Source: Candidatus Hydrothermus pacificus (GTDB lineage: Bacteria > Hydrothermota > Hydrothermia > Hydrothermales > Hydrothermaceae). Taken from it: a DNA stretch of 64,000 nucleotides. Below are positions 1-10,349 of this stretch, one piece after another. The stretch lies in NCBI GenBank assembly GCA_002011615.1, contig MTOH01000008.1, positions 6,460 to 70,459 of the forward strand, written 5' to 3'. Position numbers and translations under genes: made by a program. The notes below the pieces were generated by a model, which worked only from the letters and a program-made list of their open reading frames with translations, did not search any database and was not told where the DNA came from. The stretch's first letter is position 1; each line of letters starts with the position of its first letter.

Positions 1-141
1 CCTTACATTCTTATTGTTGGTAAGAGGGAAAAAAGTGAGAATAAAGTGTCTATCAGAAAACATGGTGAGGGGGAGAAAGGAGTGATACAAATCAAAGAAT
101 TTATAAATACTCTTATGGAGGAACTTAAACAATATGGGTAG
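1..141 (+). CDS. thrS: Threonyl-tRNA synthetase, C-terminal fragment (5' partial, runs off window start)
   Basis: Frame-1 translation is ...PYILIVGKREKSENKVSIRKHGEGEKGVIQIKEFINTLMEELKQYG*, typical of the ThrRS anticodon-binding C-terminus. It sits in the conserved thrS-infC arrangement and its stop overlaps the infC start. Confidence 0.55.
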   Translation, partial: PYILIVGKREKSENKVSIRKHGEGEKGVIQIKEFINTLMEELKQYG

Positions 142-682
142 AAAAAGATTCTACAGGGGTCCTGTAAGAAGAGAACCCGAACCCTATAGAGTTAATGAAA
201 GGATAAGGTCAAGAGAAGTAAGAGTGATAGATGAAAACGGAAAACATCTCGGAATAATGGATATAAACTCAGCTCTTGAGATTGCATATTCAAGAGACCT
301 TGACCTCGTGGAAGTTGCCCCCAATCAGAAACCCCCTGTTTGTCGAATAACAGACTATGGTAGATTTAAATATGAAATGAAGAAAAAAGCCAGGGAATCC
401 AAAAAAACACATAGCGAGGTAAAAGAAATATCCTTCAGACCAACCACCTCTGAACACGACCTTGAAATAAAGCTAAAAAAAGCAAAAGAATTCCTTGAAG
501 ATGGGCATAGAGTTAAAATGCGACTCTTTTTTAAAGGCAGAGAAAAAGTCATGCTTCCAAAAGGTAAAGAAATATTCTATAAAATATTTGAAAAAATCTC
601 AGAATGGGCTGAAATAGAAAAAGAACCCGTTCAGTTAGGCTATAATCAATATGTTGCTGTAGTAAAGGCAAAAAAGAAATAA
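134..682 (+). CDS. infC: Translation initiation factor IF-3
   Basis: 182-aa ORF with the IF-3 N- and C-domain signature (VRVIDENGKHLGIM...DLVEV...PPVCRI...EIKLKKAKEFLEDGHRVKMRLFFKGRE). It lies immediately downstream of the thrS end. Confidence 0.9.
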   Translation: MGRKRFYRGPVRREPEPYRVNERIRSREVRVIDENGKHLGIMDINSALEIAYSRDLDLVEVAPNQKPPVCRITDYGRFKYEMKKKARESKKTHSEVKEISFRPTTSEHDLEIKLKKAKEFLEDGHRVKMRLFFKGREKVMLPKGKEIFYKIFEKISEWAEIEKEPVQLGYNQYVAVVKAKKK

Positions 683-702
683 AGGTCGCCTGATTTCTCT
701 AT

Positions 703-1713
703 TTAAAAAACAATATCTATTTTATTTCTACAATAAGGGCATCTATTATTTTTTACTCTGTTTTCAATAACCTCCATTATACCCCTTTTTATAAGCAGAT
801 TTTCACATGAAGGACACCATGTGTGATTGTATTTATGATAGGGAACATTCCCTATATATACATATTTAATTCCGATTTCTTTTAATCTTTCTATTATTTC
901 TTCCATTGTTTTGATATCGGTTTCAGGATTATTAAATTTATATGCAGGAAAATATCTCGTTATGTGCCATGGAATAAAATTTCCTATTTCATCAAGCATC
1001 CTTTTTGCCAGATTGCTGAATATATCAACCGAATCATTTACATCTGTTATGCACAATGAAACAACCTCTGTATGGATATTTTTTGCAGAAATTTTTATAT
1101 TTCTCCACACCTTTTCAAAATCAGCACCGCAATATTTTTTATAAACTTCTTCATCACCCTTTAAGTCTATATTTATTGCATCAAGCCCTGCGTCAATTAA
1201 CTGGTATAGAACCTTTTCAGTCATATAACCATTTGAAACATAGGTGTTATAAAGACCGTGTTTTTTTGCACTTTTGAAAACATCCAGCGACCATTCAAAC
1301 AAGAGTGTTGGTTCATTGAAACTTATGGATGTCCCGTTTGCCTTGTATTTTAAACATATTTCAACAAATTCCTCAGGAGATAAAAAGTATTTATTCTCTG
1401 GTGGAAATTTGCTTATCTCCCAGTTCTGACACCAGGGACACAGGAAATTACATCCCCATGTTCCAGCAGTCATCGCATATGTTCCGGGATAAAAGTGGTA
1501 AAAGGGTTTTTTTTCAACGGGGTTTAAGGAAATTGAAGAAATATTTCCATAAACAAGGGTGTAAATTTTACCACCAATATTTTTTCTTGTCTTACAAACT
1601 CCTACCTGTTCCTCCTTTAAATCGCATCTCCTCTCACATGTTTCACATATAACACCCTTTCTGGATTTTGAATAAAATCTGGCCTTATAGATTCTCATTT
1701 TACCTGTGTACAT
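703..1713 (-). CDS. Radical SAM protein (AmmeMemoRadiSam/PFL-activating-enzyme-like) with extra C-terminal Cys pairs
   Basis: CNFLCPWCQNW CxxxCxxC radical SAM motif and a glycine-rich SAM-binding region. A C-terminal CPSCEN...CPYCRN zinc-ribbon-like pair is present. Size is 336 aa. Confidence 0.55.
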   Translation of the reverse strand: MYTGKMRIYKARFYSKSRKGVICETCERRCDLKEEQVGVCKTRKNIGGKIYTLVYGNISSISLNPVEKKPFYHFYPGTYAMTAGTWGCNFLCPWCQNWEISKFPPENKYFLSPEEFVEICLKYKANGTSISFNEPTLLFEWSLDVFKSAKKHGLYNTYVSNGYMTEKVLYQLIDAGLDAINIDLKGDEEVYKKYCGADFEKVWRNIKISAKNIHTEVVSLCITDVNDSVDIFSNLAKRMLDEIGNFIPWHITRYFPAYKFNNPETDIKTMEEIIERLKEIGIKYVYIGNVPYHKYNHTWCPSCENLLIKRGIMEVIENRVKNNRCPYCRNKIDIVF

Positions 1714-1821
1714 ATTTTAATTATAAGGCAAGGAAAATAAAATCTGATACTTATGCGGAATGTAGCATAACTGACCAAACTTTTTTATTGTATGGATAAT
1801 TTCGGATTGTCGTTTTTAAAT

Positions 1822-2937
1822 TCACCTATTAAAAAATTCTATTATCTTTTCTATAACATATTCTACCTGTTCTTTTTTCATTGATGGATAAAGAGGCAGA
1901 GTTAATTCTGTGTCTCCTGCTTTTTCTGTCACAGGTAGCTTTACACCCGGATAAAGCTTTTTAAAGACTGTGAATTTATGAACAGGAACATAATGAACAG
2001 ATGTTTGAATACCTTTTTCCAGTAAAAATTTTCTTAAATTATTCCTTTCCTTTTTATTTTTACAGAAAGCAGGAAATATGTAATGAGAAGAAGGAAAAGT
2101 TTCATCAAAGGGAATTTTCAAATATTTTAAAAGTTTGTTCCTGTATTTTTTAACGATATTCTCTCTTTTCCTGTTATCTTTTTTAACTCTCTTTAACATT
2201 TCACAGGCAAGAGCACCCTGAATTTCTGTGGGTCTGTAATTAAACCCTATATCAATCACATCGTAAAGGCTACTCTTTTTAAATCTTTCAAAGGTATCTT
2301 TTGTCATACCATGAGACCTCAGAAGTTTCAATTTTTCATATAGTTTTTTATGGTCAGTCACCACTGCTCCACCCTCACCTATTGGCAGGTTTTTATTAGA
2401 AAAAAAGGAAAAAACACCTGCTTTTCCAAAAGTTCCGGCATATTTATCTTTGCTTACCGGTAAAGCATGTGCTGAATCCTCAATCAGAATTAATTTGTGT
2501 TCTCTGCAAAAATTAATAACTTCTTTCATATTTCTTAAATAACCTGCATAGTGCATATAGATAAGACCCTTCGTTTTTCTTGTAAGCCTCTTTTTCGCAT
2601 CTTTTATTGAAAGTAAAGGAAATTCAATAGACTCAATATCAACAAAAACAGGCTTTACACCGATATGTAAAAGAGGTGTAACTGTTGAAACAAAGGTAAA
2701 TGAAGGAACAAGAACCTCATCTCCTCTTTCAAAGCATGCGGAATATGTCATATGAAGTCCCGCGGTTGCTGAAGACACAAAGAGAGTATATTTAGAGTTA
2801 ATAAACTTTGAAAATTCTCTCTCAAATCTTTCACATTCAGGTCCAAAGGTTATCCATCCTCTATTAAGCACCTTCAAAACCCTCTCAATCTCTCTTTTTT
2901 CAAAATAAAGGTCAAATAAGGGAACCCTGTAATTCAT
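1822..2937 (-). CDS. DegT/DnrJ/EryC1/StrS family PLP-dependent sugar aminotransferase
   Basis: 371 aa. N-terminal VPLFDL...EIERVLKVLNRGWITFGPECERFE is the DegT signature. The SFFSNKNL PLP-lysine region is present. Confidence 0.8.
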   Translation of the reverse strand: MNYRVPLFDLYFEKREIERVLKVLNRGWITFGPECERFEREFSKFINSKYTLFVSSATAGLHMTYSACFERGDEVLVPSFTFVSTVTPLLHIGVKPVFVDIESIEFPLLSIKDAKKRLTRKTKGLIYMHYAGYLRNMKEVINFCREHKLILIEDSAHALPVSKDKYAGTFGKAGVFSFFSNKNLPIGEGGAVVTDHKKLYEKLKLLRSHGMTKDTFERFKKSSLYDVIDIGFNYRPTEIQGALACEMLKRVKKDNRKRENIVKKYRNKLLKYLKIPFDETFPSSHYIFPAFCKNKKERNNLRKFLLEKGIQTSVHYVPVHKFTVFKKLYPGVKLPVTEKAGDTELTLPLYPSMKKEQVEYVIEKIIEFFNR

Positions 2938-4093
2938 CTCTATTCTCCCTTAAAAATTTAAATGCATCATCCCTTGTTTTTATTTCACCCTTCATTTGTT
3001 TTATTTCAATCAAAGTTTTTATCTTTTCAACAAGTGCTTTTTCAAAACCCATTTCAATTATCTCGTTACCCTTAAGCAATTTTCTCAAACTTTTTTTCTT
3101 TTCAATATAACTCAAAATATCTTTTTCTTTTACACTTAAAAACATAAGAGAAAGTTCTTCAAATTTCTTCAGAACAGGATGCAGTTCAAGCACATCCCCT
3201 CCCCTGTTAAAATTCTTATTACCTTTTCTTATCTGATCAATTATTTTCTTTTCTTTGTTTGAGAGATAATCAAAAACCGCAGGAGGATTATTATTTAAAA
3301 AAAGATAAAAAAAGCATATCCATGAATTTTTTTCAAAGGGTAAAATTTCTGAAAGGTCATCTATTAAATCCTCACCAAGATTTAAGTTTTCATTAAAAAA
3401 ATATAGCATATTCTTAACGGCAATTTCTCTCCACATTCTATCTCTTTTCTCTTCACAGGATATCAGCTCAAGTTCCTTTTTTATTCTTGGAAATTTAACA
3501 TTCTTAATCGATTTCTCATAATTTGTGAACTCTTTTTCAGTATCTTCTGTGTAATGAAAATCCAATCTGTTTTTATACCTGATCGCTCTGAAGGCTCTTG
3601 TGGGGTCTTCATAAAAACTATTTTTATTTAAAACTCTTATCTTTTTATCTTTTATATCTTCTTCCCCTTTAAAAGGGTCATAGGTCCTGCCAAATTCGGG
3701 TGATAGTTCTATGGCTATTGAATTTATTGTAAAGTCCCTTCTGGAAAGGTCTTCATTTATATCCGTGGTTTTCTCAACAGAGGGTAAAGACCCCGGATAA
3801 AGATAATGTTCCCTCCTTGCCATCGCTATATCAATGTTTTTACCTTCAAACTCTATTTCAACAGTTTTAAAATCACTGTAATAAGCTATTTTTGAATTGA
3901 AATACCTTTTAAATTCTTTTGCAAGTCTCAGTGGGTCAGACATTACAACAAAGTCATAATCTTTAAAATTTTCCTTTCCCATAATCAAATCTCTCGGGAT
4001 ACCACCGACCACAAATATTTTCAGGTCCATCTCTTTTGCCTTTTCTTTGAAAAACACAATTATGGGGTTTTTTAAAAGGACCTGGGGTGACAT
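2912..4093 (-). CDS. cca: CCA-adding tRNA nucleotidyltransferase / poly(A) polymerase family protein
   Basis: VVGGIPRDLIMG (GG..RD) and RRDFTINSIAI motifs of the Pol-beta-like nucleotidyltransferase head domain. Size is 393 aa. Confidence 0.7.
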   Translation of the reverse strand: MSPQVLLKNPIIVFFKEKAKEMDLKIFVVGGIPRDLIMGKENFKDYDFVVMSDPLRLAKEFKRYFNSKIAYYSDFKTVEIEFEGKNIDIAMARREHYLYPGSLPSVEKTTDINEDLSRRDFTINSIAIELSPEFGRTYDPFKGEEDIKDKKIRVLNKNSFYEDPTRAFRAIRYKNRLDFHYTEDTEKEFTNYEKSIKNVKFPRIKKELELISCEEKRDRMWREIAVKNMLYFFNENLNLGEDLIDDLSEILPFEKNSWICFFYLFLNNNPPAVFDYLSNKEKKIIDQIRKGNKNFNRGGDVLELHPVLKKFEELSLMFLSVKEKDILSYIEKKKSLRKLLKGNEIIEMGFEKALVEKIKTLIEIKQMKGEIKTRDDAFKFLRENRDELQGSLI

Positions 4094-4956
4094 TTTTCAA
4101 CAGTCCTTTTTAAATGAGATATTTCAAGATGGGTGTAAATCTGGGTGGTAGAAAGAGAGGAATGACCCAGCAAAATCTGAAGGGTCCTCAAATCACATCC
4201 TCCTTCAAGCATATGGGTTGCAAAGGAGTGCCTGAGTATATGTGGATATATTTTTTTTATACCTGCAAGTTTTCCGTAATTTTTAAGAATTTTCCAGAAT
4301 CCAACCCTTGAAAGTTTGCCTCCGTTTTTATTCAGGAATACAAAGTCGCCTGAGCCTGGCTTTTTAATCTGGGGTCTGGCTTTTAAAAGATAAAGTTTTA
4401 AAAAATCAAGGGCAAATTTTGTAAGAGGAACAAGCCTTTCCTTATTACCTTTACCAACTATTCTGACATAACCCTCTTCAATAAATATATCTTTTATTCT
4501 CAAGTTTACTATTTCTGAAACTCTTGCTCCTGTTGCATACGCAAATTCCAGAAGAGCTCTGTCTCTTATTTTCAGAGATTTTTCAGGTTTTATAGAAGAA
4601 AGAAAACCTAAAACCTCTTCCTTCGTAAGGAACTCAGGTAATTTCTTCTTTTTCTTGGGAATTTCCAGAAATTCTGCGGGGTTCCTATTCCACTCTTCAG
4701 ACCATATAAGATATTTGAAAAAACTTCTCAGGCAGGACGATATCCTTTCCAAAGTAGCAGAACTGTAACCTTTATTTTTTAACTCCTGCATGAACTCAGT
4801 TATATCCTTTACTGAAATTTTTTCAAGCTTTGTATTTTTTCTTTTTATAAAATCAAGAAATTTTTCAAGGTCTTTTTTATAGCCTTTAACGGTATTTAAA
4901 GAAAAACCCCTTTCCAGTAAAAGATAGTTAAGGAAATTTGTAACAAGAGTTCTCAA
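4072..4956 (-). CDS. Tyrosine recombinase XerC/XerD family
   Basis: 294 aa with the N-terminal core-binding domain (LERGFSLNTVKGYKKDLEKF). Catalytic R...HxxR...Y residues are present (ATGARVSE...HILRHSFATHML...LGHSSLSTTQIYTHL). Confidence 0.85.
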   Translation of the reverse strand: MRTLVTNFLNYLLLERGFSLNTVKGYKKDLEKFLDFIKRKNTKLEKISVKDITEFMQELKNKGYSSATLERISSCLRSFFKYLIWSEEWNRNPAEFLEIPKKKKKLPEFLTKEEVLGFLSSIKPEKSLKIRDRALLEFAYATGARVSEIVNLRIKDIFIEEGYVRIVGKGNKERLVPLTKFALDFLKLYLLKARPQIKKPGSGDFVFLNKNGGKLSRVGFWKILKNYGKLAGIKKIYPHILRHSFATHMLEGGCDLRTLQILLGHSSLSTTQIYTHLEISHLKRTVEKCHPRSF

Positions 4957-5222
4957 ATTCCCTTCTCTTTCATTTCCTCTATGACCTTGATAGCTTCGTC
5001 ATATATGCCTGCATCTATAAAAGAAATGATAAGGTTTTTATATCTATCTCTTTCGCTCTGAGGTTCTTTTTTTTCAATATCCATATCAAAAGAGCCTCTC
5101 CCTTCTTCAAATATTAAAATATCTTCAGTTTTTTTAGATTCAGGCGGTGTTATAACAAGCCATCTTGCAAGCACACTTTTTTTTCTTTCATTTTCCTTTT
5201 TAATTTTATCCATCAGGGACAT
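4953..5222 (-). CDS. Hypothetical small protein (89 aa)
   Basis: ORF overlaps both neighbours on the same strand (4-nt and 10-nt overlaps), which suggests co-translation. No recognisable domain. Confidence 0.3.
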   Translation of the reverse strand: MSLMDKIKKENERKKSVLARWLVITPPESKKTEDILIFEEGRGSFDMDIEKKEPQSERDRYKNLIISFIDAGIYDEAIKVIEEMKEKGI

Positions 5223-6430
5223 AACACCTCCCCTTTTAAACCATCTTTAAAAATTTGTCCTGACTTAACATAAATAAATTTATTTAAAATTTTTCCTCTG
5301 TAATAAACTTTTACGTATTCATCAGATGTGCCCTTTGAAAAATCATCCTGTGTTTCTTCAGGGAGAACTTCAAGAACTCTGCCCTTAACTGAATTAAGAA
5401 AATTTATCTTCAATGTTCTGGCCAGCTCCATTAGTTTCCTGGTCCTTTCTTTTTTAACATTATTCGGTAATTCTTTTATATTTTCCAGTTCTGTAAAAGG
5501 TCTTCTGGAATATGTAAAAACATGGATATGAGAAAACTCCATTTCTCTCAGAAATTCAACTGTCTGATTAAAATCATCCTCACTTTCAAGGGGAAAACCT
5601 GTGATTACATCTGTTCCGAGACAGAAATAAGGAATCTCATTTCTAAGCAAGTTTATTTTTTCCTTAAAAAAAGATGTATTATAGGGTCTTCTCATTGCCC
5701 TGAGAATCCTGTTAGAACCCGATTGAAGGGGTATGTGAAAGTGTTTACATATTCGAGGGCTTTTCATAATGTTTATAAGCCTATTATTTAAATAAATGGG
5801 CTCTATCGAGGAAAGTCTGATACGGAAATCTCCTTTGAATTCCAGAAGATTTTCAAGCAACCATGAAAGGTCTTTTTTGAACTCTTTACCATAATCACCT
5901 ATCTGCGTGCCTGAAATAACGACTTCTTTAACCGATGATTTTATGGCATTATCAAAGTCCATAAAGATATCATCAGGATTTCTTGAGATCGATTTTCCTC
6001 TCACAAAAGGGATAATACAGTATGAACATTTAAAATTACATCCTTCTTGAATTTTAAGGAAAAATCTCGTATGTTTCAAATGGAATCTTTTTATGTTTTT
6101 CCTTTTTATTCCCAGCAAAGAGGGTATTTCTCTGTAATCGTGAATAAAATTCACCTTGCCTTTCCATCCATTCTCCTTTATCTTTTTTGAATAGCAACCT
6201 GTAAGAATCTTCAGGGCATTTTCTCTTCTAAGAAATCTGGATACAACCTTCCGGGCATCTCTTTCTGCCTTGTGAGTTACACAGCATGAATTCAAAATCA
6301 GGATATCCGCGTCTTCTTCTCTCTCACATTCTAAAAACCCCTCTTCCACAAAAATACTTCTTAACCACTCGGATTCATATATATTTGTTCTGCAACCATG
6401 CGTAAATATCTTAAACTTCTTCAGACTCAC
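5213..6430 (-). CDS. MiaB-like tRNA methylthiotransferase (MtaB/RimO family radical SAM)
   Basis: N-terminal MTTase domain Cys triad (HGCRTN...NSCCVT) plus radical SAM CNFKCSYC. Size is 405 aa. Confidence 0.8.
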   Translation of the reverse strand: MSLKKFKIFTHGCRTNIYESEWLRSIFVEEGFLECEREEDADILILNSCCVTHKAERDARKVVSRFLRRENALKILTGCYSKKIKENGWKGKVNFIHDYREIPSLLGIKRKNIKRFHLKHTRFFLKIQEGCNFKCSYCIIPFVRGKSISRNPDDIFMDFDNAIKSSVKEVVISGTQIGDYGKEFKKDLSWLLENLLEFKGDFRIRLSSIEPIYLNNRLINIMKSPRICKHFHIPLQSGSNRILRAMRRPYNTSFFKEKINLLRNEIPYFCLGTDVITGFPLESEDDFNQTVEFLREMEFSHIHVFTYSRRPFTELENIKELPNNVKKERTRKLMELARTLKINFLNSVKGRVLEVLPEETQDDFSKGTSDEYVKVYYRGKILNKFIYVKSGQIFKDGLKGEVLCP

Positions 6431-8150
6431 TTTCTTGTTTTTCTTCGGTTTCTTCCTCAGTTTCTTCTTCTATGTTAAACAACTTTTCAAATTCTCCTTT
6501 TAACACTTCTCCTAACTGAACTCTTGTGGGTTCCTCTGTTTTCTTTATGAATCTCTCTATTTCTTTTTTCTCAACAATTTTTTCATATTCTTTTTCGGAA
6601 AGCAGTATTCTTTTTCTCTGAGGTTCAACTTTCATCACCTTTAAGTTCAGTTCTTCTCTCTCCTTATAAACTTCTTTGAAATTGCCTTTTCGAGCAAGGT
6701 GCGTCCCGGGAACAAATCCCTCAAGTCCTTTATCAATTTCAACAATAACACCTCTACTGGTAATCTCAATTATAGGAGCCTTAAGAACTGTATCAGGAGT
6801 GAGTCTCTTTTTAAGTTCTTCCCATGGATTGGGTCTCAGATGTTTAAGAGAGAGCGAAAGAAGTCTGTTCTTTTTATCAACCTCAACTATCTTCAGCTTT
6901 AATCTCTGTCCCACTTTTAAAGCTTCTTCAGGAGAATGGAATCTTCTTGTCCATGAAATATCTGCTATATGAAGATAGCCTTCTATTCCTTCTTCTATTT
7001 CAATAAAGGCACCAAAATTATCAAATCCTTTAACCACTCCTTTTATAATTACACCTGGCGGGAATTTTTCTTCAACAGTTGACCATGGGTCTGGCTGTGT
7101 TTGCTTCATTCCCAGTGATATTCTTGCCTTTTCTTTATCAATATCAAGCACTATTGCATCCACATAATCGCCCTCACTCACTATTTCTGAGGGATGTCTG
7201 ATACTCTTTCTCCATGACATTTCAGAGAGATGAACAAACCCTATAACCTCTGGCTCAAGCTCTACAAGAATTCCATAATCCAGAATCTTTTTAACCTTAC
7301 CTCGCACTTTTTCACCCAGAGCGTATTTTTTCTCTATATCACTCCATATAGATGGCAAAAGAGCTTTTAAAGATAGCACAACAGTGGCATTCTCAAAATC
7401 AAGAGATATAACCTTTAACTTTAACTTGTCACCTATATTTACCACTTCCTTTGGATGTTTTACCTTTCTCGAAGAGAGTTCCTGAATTGTGACCACTCCA
7501 TCTATTCCATTCAAATCCACAAAAACCGCATAATTTGTAATCCCCTTTACCTCTGCATCAACAGTATCACCCACTTTAAATTCAGACTCCATTCTTTTTC
7601 TCTTTTGTTCAAGTTCTTCCTCAATTGCTGCTTTTCTGGATACAACTATATTTTTTCTCAACCTGTTCAATTTAAGTATTTTCACAGGCACTTCTTTACC
7701 AACCCATTGATTAAAGTTCTTAACAAGTTTAATATCTATATGGGAACCCGGGAGAAAAGCGTCCACTCCAAAAATATCAACCACAAGGCCTCCCTTAACC
7801 TTCCTTATAATCTTTCCAGTCACATTTCTCCCTTCGTCATGAGCATTTTTTATCTTATCCCATGCAAGCAGAAAATCCGCCTTATGCTTGGAAAGGACTA
7901 TAAACCCTTCCTCTCCCTCCGGCTCTTCTACATACACATGAACCATGGCCCCTCTTCTCAATTCCTCTGCATTTTTAAACTCCTCTAAGGGGCACACGCC
8001 TTCAGACTTGGCACCCAAATCTATAAACACTTCTCTCTCGGTTATTTTTAACACCTTTCCCTCCACAATTTCACCCTCTTTAACAGGTCTCAAACCTGCT
8101 TCCAGCATTTTTTCCAAGTCCTGTGACCCTAACTCCATTCCTTCTTCCAT
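6411..8150 (-). CDS. rpsA: 30S ribosomal protein S1
   Basis: 579 aa with six S1-like repeats (G..V.G.V..I...G.FV) and an acidic C-terminal tail. The conserved cmk-rpsA neighbourhood is present. Confidence 0.9.
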   Translation of the reverse strand: MEEGMELGSQDLEKMLEAGLRPVKEGEIVEGKVLKITEREVFIDLGAKSEGVCPLEEFKNAEELRRGAMVHVYVEEPEGEEGFIVLSKHKADFLLAWDKIKNAHDEGRNVTGKIIRKVKGGLVVDIFGVDAFLPGSHIDIKLVKNFNQWVGKEVPVKILKLNRLRKNIVVSRKAAIEEELEQKRKRMESEFKVGDTVDAEVKGITNYAVFVDLNGIDGVVTIQELSSRKVKHPKEVVNIGDKLKLKVISLDFENATVVLSLKALLPSIWSDIEKKYALGEKVRGKVKKILDYGILVELEPEVIGFVHLSEMSWRKSIRHPSEIVSEGDYVDAIVLDIDKEKARISLGMKQTQPDPWSTVEEKFPPGVIIKGVVKGFDNFGAFIEIEEGIEGYLHIADISWTRRFHSPEEALKVGQRLKLKIVEVDKKNRLLSLSLKHLRPNPWEELKKRLTPDTVLKAPIIEITSRGVIVEIDKGLEGFVPGTHLARKGNFKEVYKEREELNLKVMKVEPQRKRILLSEKEYEKIVEKKEIERFIKKTEEPTRVQLGEVLKGEFEKLFNIEEETEEETEEKQESESEEV

Positions 8151-8175
8151 CTTTCAAAACCTCCTGAACAGAGCC

Positions 8176-8796
8176 TCAATGGGCTCTGGTTTTTTTCTCC
8201 ACCAAATCTTTTAACTCAAGAACCTTTTTTCTTAAAGTTTCTGTAAGCTCATCCGTCGCTCTCCTGCCAGGTTCCGGGGGATATACAGGGTCTCCAAAGG
8301 CTATTGCAATCTTTTTCTTTCTAATCAGCCAGTTTAAAAAACCGTCTCTCGCACCCATAATATAAGCAGGTATTACAGGGCTTCTGGTTTTTATTGCAAG
8401 AAGCGCAACACCCTTTTTAAAAGGCAAAAGTTTGCCTGTTTTACTCCTTGTTCCTTCAGGGAAAATACACAGGCATAGATTTTTTTGAAGTAAATCCTTT
8501 GCCTTTTTCATCGCAGATATTCCACCCATTTCTCGTTTAAGAGGTATTGCATTATAGCTCCTTATAAGCCACCCAAAAAACCTGTTTGCTGTAAAAAGTT
8601 CTTCTTTTGCCAGGTAAAAAATCTCTCTTATTGATGCAAGGCCTATAAGTGGTGGATCCCACCAGGAAGTATGGTTTGGTGCTATTATAAGCCTTCCCTT
8701 TTTCGGGATTTTCTCTCTCCCGTACACTTTTATATTTATAAGTATCTTTGCTATCAAATTCAATATTAACCACGGTATAAACCATTTAGGCCTCAT
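8176..8796 (-). CDS. plsC: 1-acyl-sn-glycerol-3-phosphate acyltransferase
   Basis: NHTSWWD (HX4D) and FPEGTRS acyltransferase motifs. Size is 206 aa. Confidence 0.8.
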   Translation of the reverse strand: MRPKWFIPWLILNLIAKILINIKVYGREKIPKKGRLIIAPNHTSWWDPPLIGLASIREIFYLAKEELFTANRFFGWLIRSYNAIPLKREMGGISAMKKAKDLLQKNLCLCIFPEGTRSKTGKLLPFKKGVALLAIKTRSPVIPAYIMGARDGFLNWLIRKKKIAIAFGDPVYPPEPGRRATDELTETLRKKVLELKDLVEKKTRAH

Positions 8797-9466
8797 TCTC
8801 CATTTTTTTGAGGATTATTCTGTAAACCCTTTCAACCTGCTCTTCTACTGTAAGTTCGGTTGTATCAATATAAATCGCATCTTCTGCAATCTTTAAAGGG
8901 GCTACATCTCTTTTTGAATCCATCCGGTCTCTTTTTTCTATCTCTTTAATAAGCTCATCTTCTTTTATTCCTATTCTCTTCCTCTTAAAATCTTTTATTC
9001 TCCTTTTTGCCCTTATTTCTCTTTTTGCATCAAGAAATATTTTAACATCAGCATCAGGGAGAACAACAGTGCCTATATCTCTTCCTTCCATCACAACCCC
9101 ACCATCTCCTGCCAGTTCTTTCTCTATTTCAAGAATTTTACTTCTAACCTCTTTAATTTCTGAAATTTTTGAGACATTCTGTTCAACAATCCTATCCTTT
9201 AATTTTTCAGTCACGTCAATATCATTAAGAAATGTGCGAATCCTCCCTTTTTCATAAATCTGAGTTATTTTGATTTTTTCAAGAAGCTTTTTCAGTTTTT
9301 CTTTATCCTCCAAACCAATTCTTTGCTCCAGAACATAATAAGTTATTGCCCTAAAAATAGCACCTGTTTCCACAGGCTTATAACCAAGTTTTTCAGCAAG
9401 CCTCATTGCTGTAGTGGTTTTACCACTCCCTGCTGTCCCATCTATTGCTATCTTCAACCTTTTCAT
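8786..9466 (-). CDS. cmk: Cytidylate kinase
   Basis: P-loop IAIDGTAGSGKTT followed by Cmk-typical sequence. Size is 226 aa. Position is upstream of rpsA. Confidence 0.9.
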   Translation of the reverse strand: MKRLKIAIDGTAGSGKTTTAMRLAEKLGYKPVETGAIFRAITYYVLEQRIGLEDKEKLKKLLEKIKITQIYEKGRIRTFLNDIDVTEKLKDRIVEQNVSKISEIKEVRSKILEIEKELAGDGGVVMEGRDIGTVVLPDADVKIFLDAKREIRAKRRIKDFKRKRIGIKEDELIKEIEKRDRMDSKRDVAPLKIAEDAIYIDTTELTVEEQVERVYRIILKKMENEA

Positions 9467-9559
9467 ACAACTTGAGTCTTTTTATGTTAATATACTAATT
9501 ACCTGAAAGTCAATGTAATGAATAATACTATTTTAAAGAGTATAAATTTTTACAACCTC

Positions 9560-10345
9560 TTAAAAGCCTCTGGAATATTCCACACATTTACTCCAGTCCT
9601 CCTCATAAAATTCTCTGATTTTCTTTAATTTTTCATCGGATGGAAAGATGTTTGGTCTACGAATAATAAAATCAGGAAAAAACTTTGCAAGATAAAGAAC
9701 AGGATATCTTACAGGATAAACAAAAAAGTATTTTTTTAAAAAACCTCTGGGGATTAAATTAATATGACATGAAAGTTTATAAAGTATACTCAACTGCTTT
9801 TCATTATAAGATTTATGTTTTTTTCTGAGAGTTATATTTCTTCTGTCATATTCGGTTCCAGTATACTCTGCTATCCTGTTAAGAAAATTAAAAGGTTTTT
9901 CTTTCAGTTCATCGTAAATAAGAACAAGTGGTTTTTTTGTAAAAGTTCTCTCAACCAGTTTTATCTTTTCATAAAAATACAAATCCTTTACTTTAAAGTA
10001 TCCTTTATCTTCAAAATTAAAAAATTCCTCAAATTTCCATGTCCTTCCATTCTTAATTAGTCTTTTAAATTGAGAGTATATCCATTCATCCTGTCTTCTT
10101 AAAACCATTACAATTCCAGCGTCAGGAAAATCTTCTGCAAACCACCCCAACATCTCTTCAAACCTCTCATCACATTCGCGGGAAACAAGGAATTTACCTC
10201 TGCCCTTCTTTTTTATAATTTCCTTTGACTTTTTAAACTTTGTCATGGGGATGTAATTTATTCCCTTAAGTCTTGGGAAAAATTCAAACTGGAGATATTT
10301 TGTTCCTGTTTTCCCAAGCCCTATGTGAAAATAAACTTCAAGCAT
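9560..10345 (-). CDS. Sulfotransferase-family-like protein
   Basis: N-terminal HIGLGKTGTKYLQ resembles the PAPS 5'-phosphosulfate-binding loop of sulfotransferases. Size is 261 aa. No other recognised domain. Confidence 0.4.
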   Translation of the reverse strand: MLEVYFHIGLGKTGTKYLQFEFFPRLKGINYIPMTKFKKSKEIIKKKGRGKFLVSRECDERFEEMLGWFAEDFPDAGIVMVLRRQDEWIYSQFKRLIKNGRTWKFEEFFNFEDKGYFKVKDLYFYEKIKLVERTFTKKPLVLIYDELKEKPFNFLNRIAEYTGTEYDRRNITLRKKHKSYNEKQLSILYKLSCHINLIPRGFLKKYFFVYPVRYPVLYLAKFFPDFIIRRPNIFPSDEKLKKIREFYEEDWSKCVEYSRGF

Positions 10346-10349
10346 GTTT

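Noticed and set aside
4072-4956. Tyrosine recombinase as a marker of a prophage or integrative element
   Set aside because: The N-terminal core-binding domain and the size match housekeeping XerC/XerD. No flanking tRNA, att-like direct repeats, phage genes or compositional shift.
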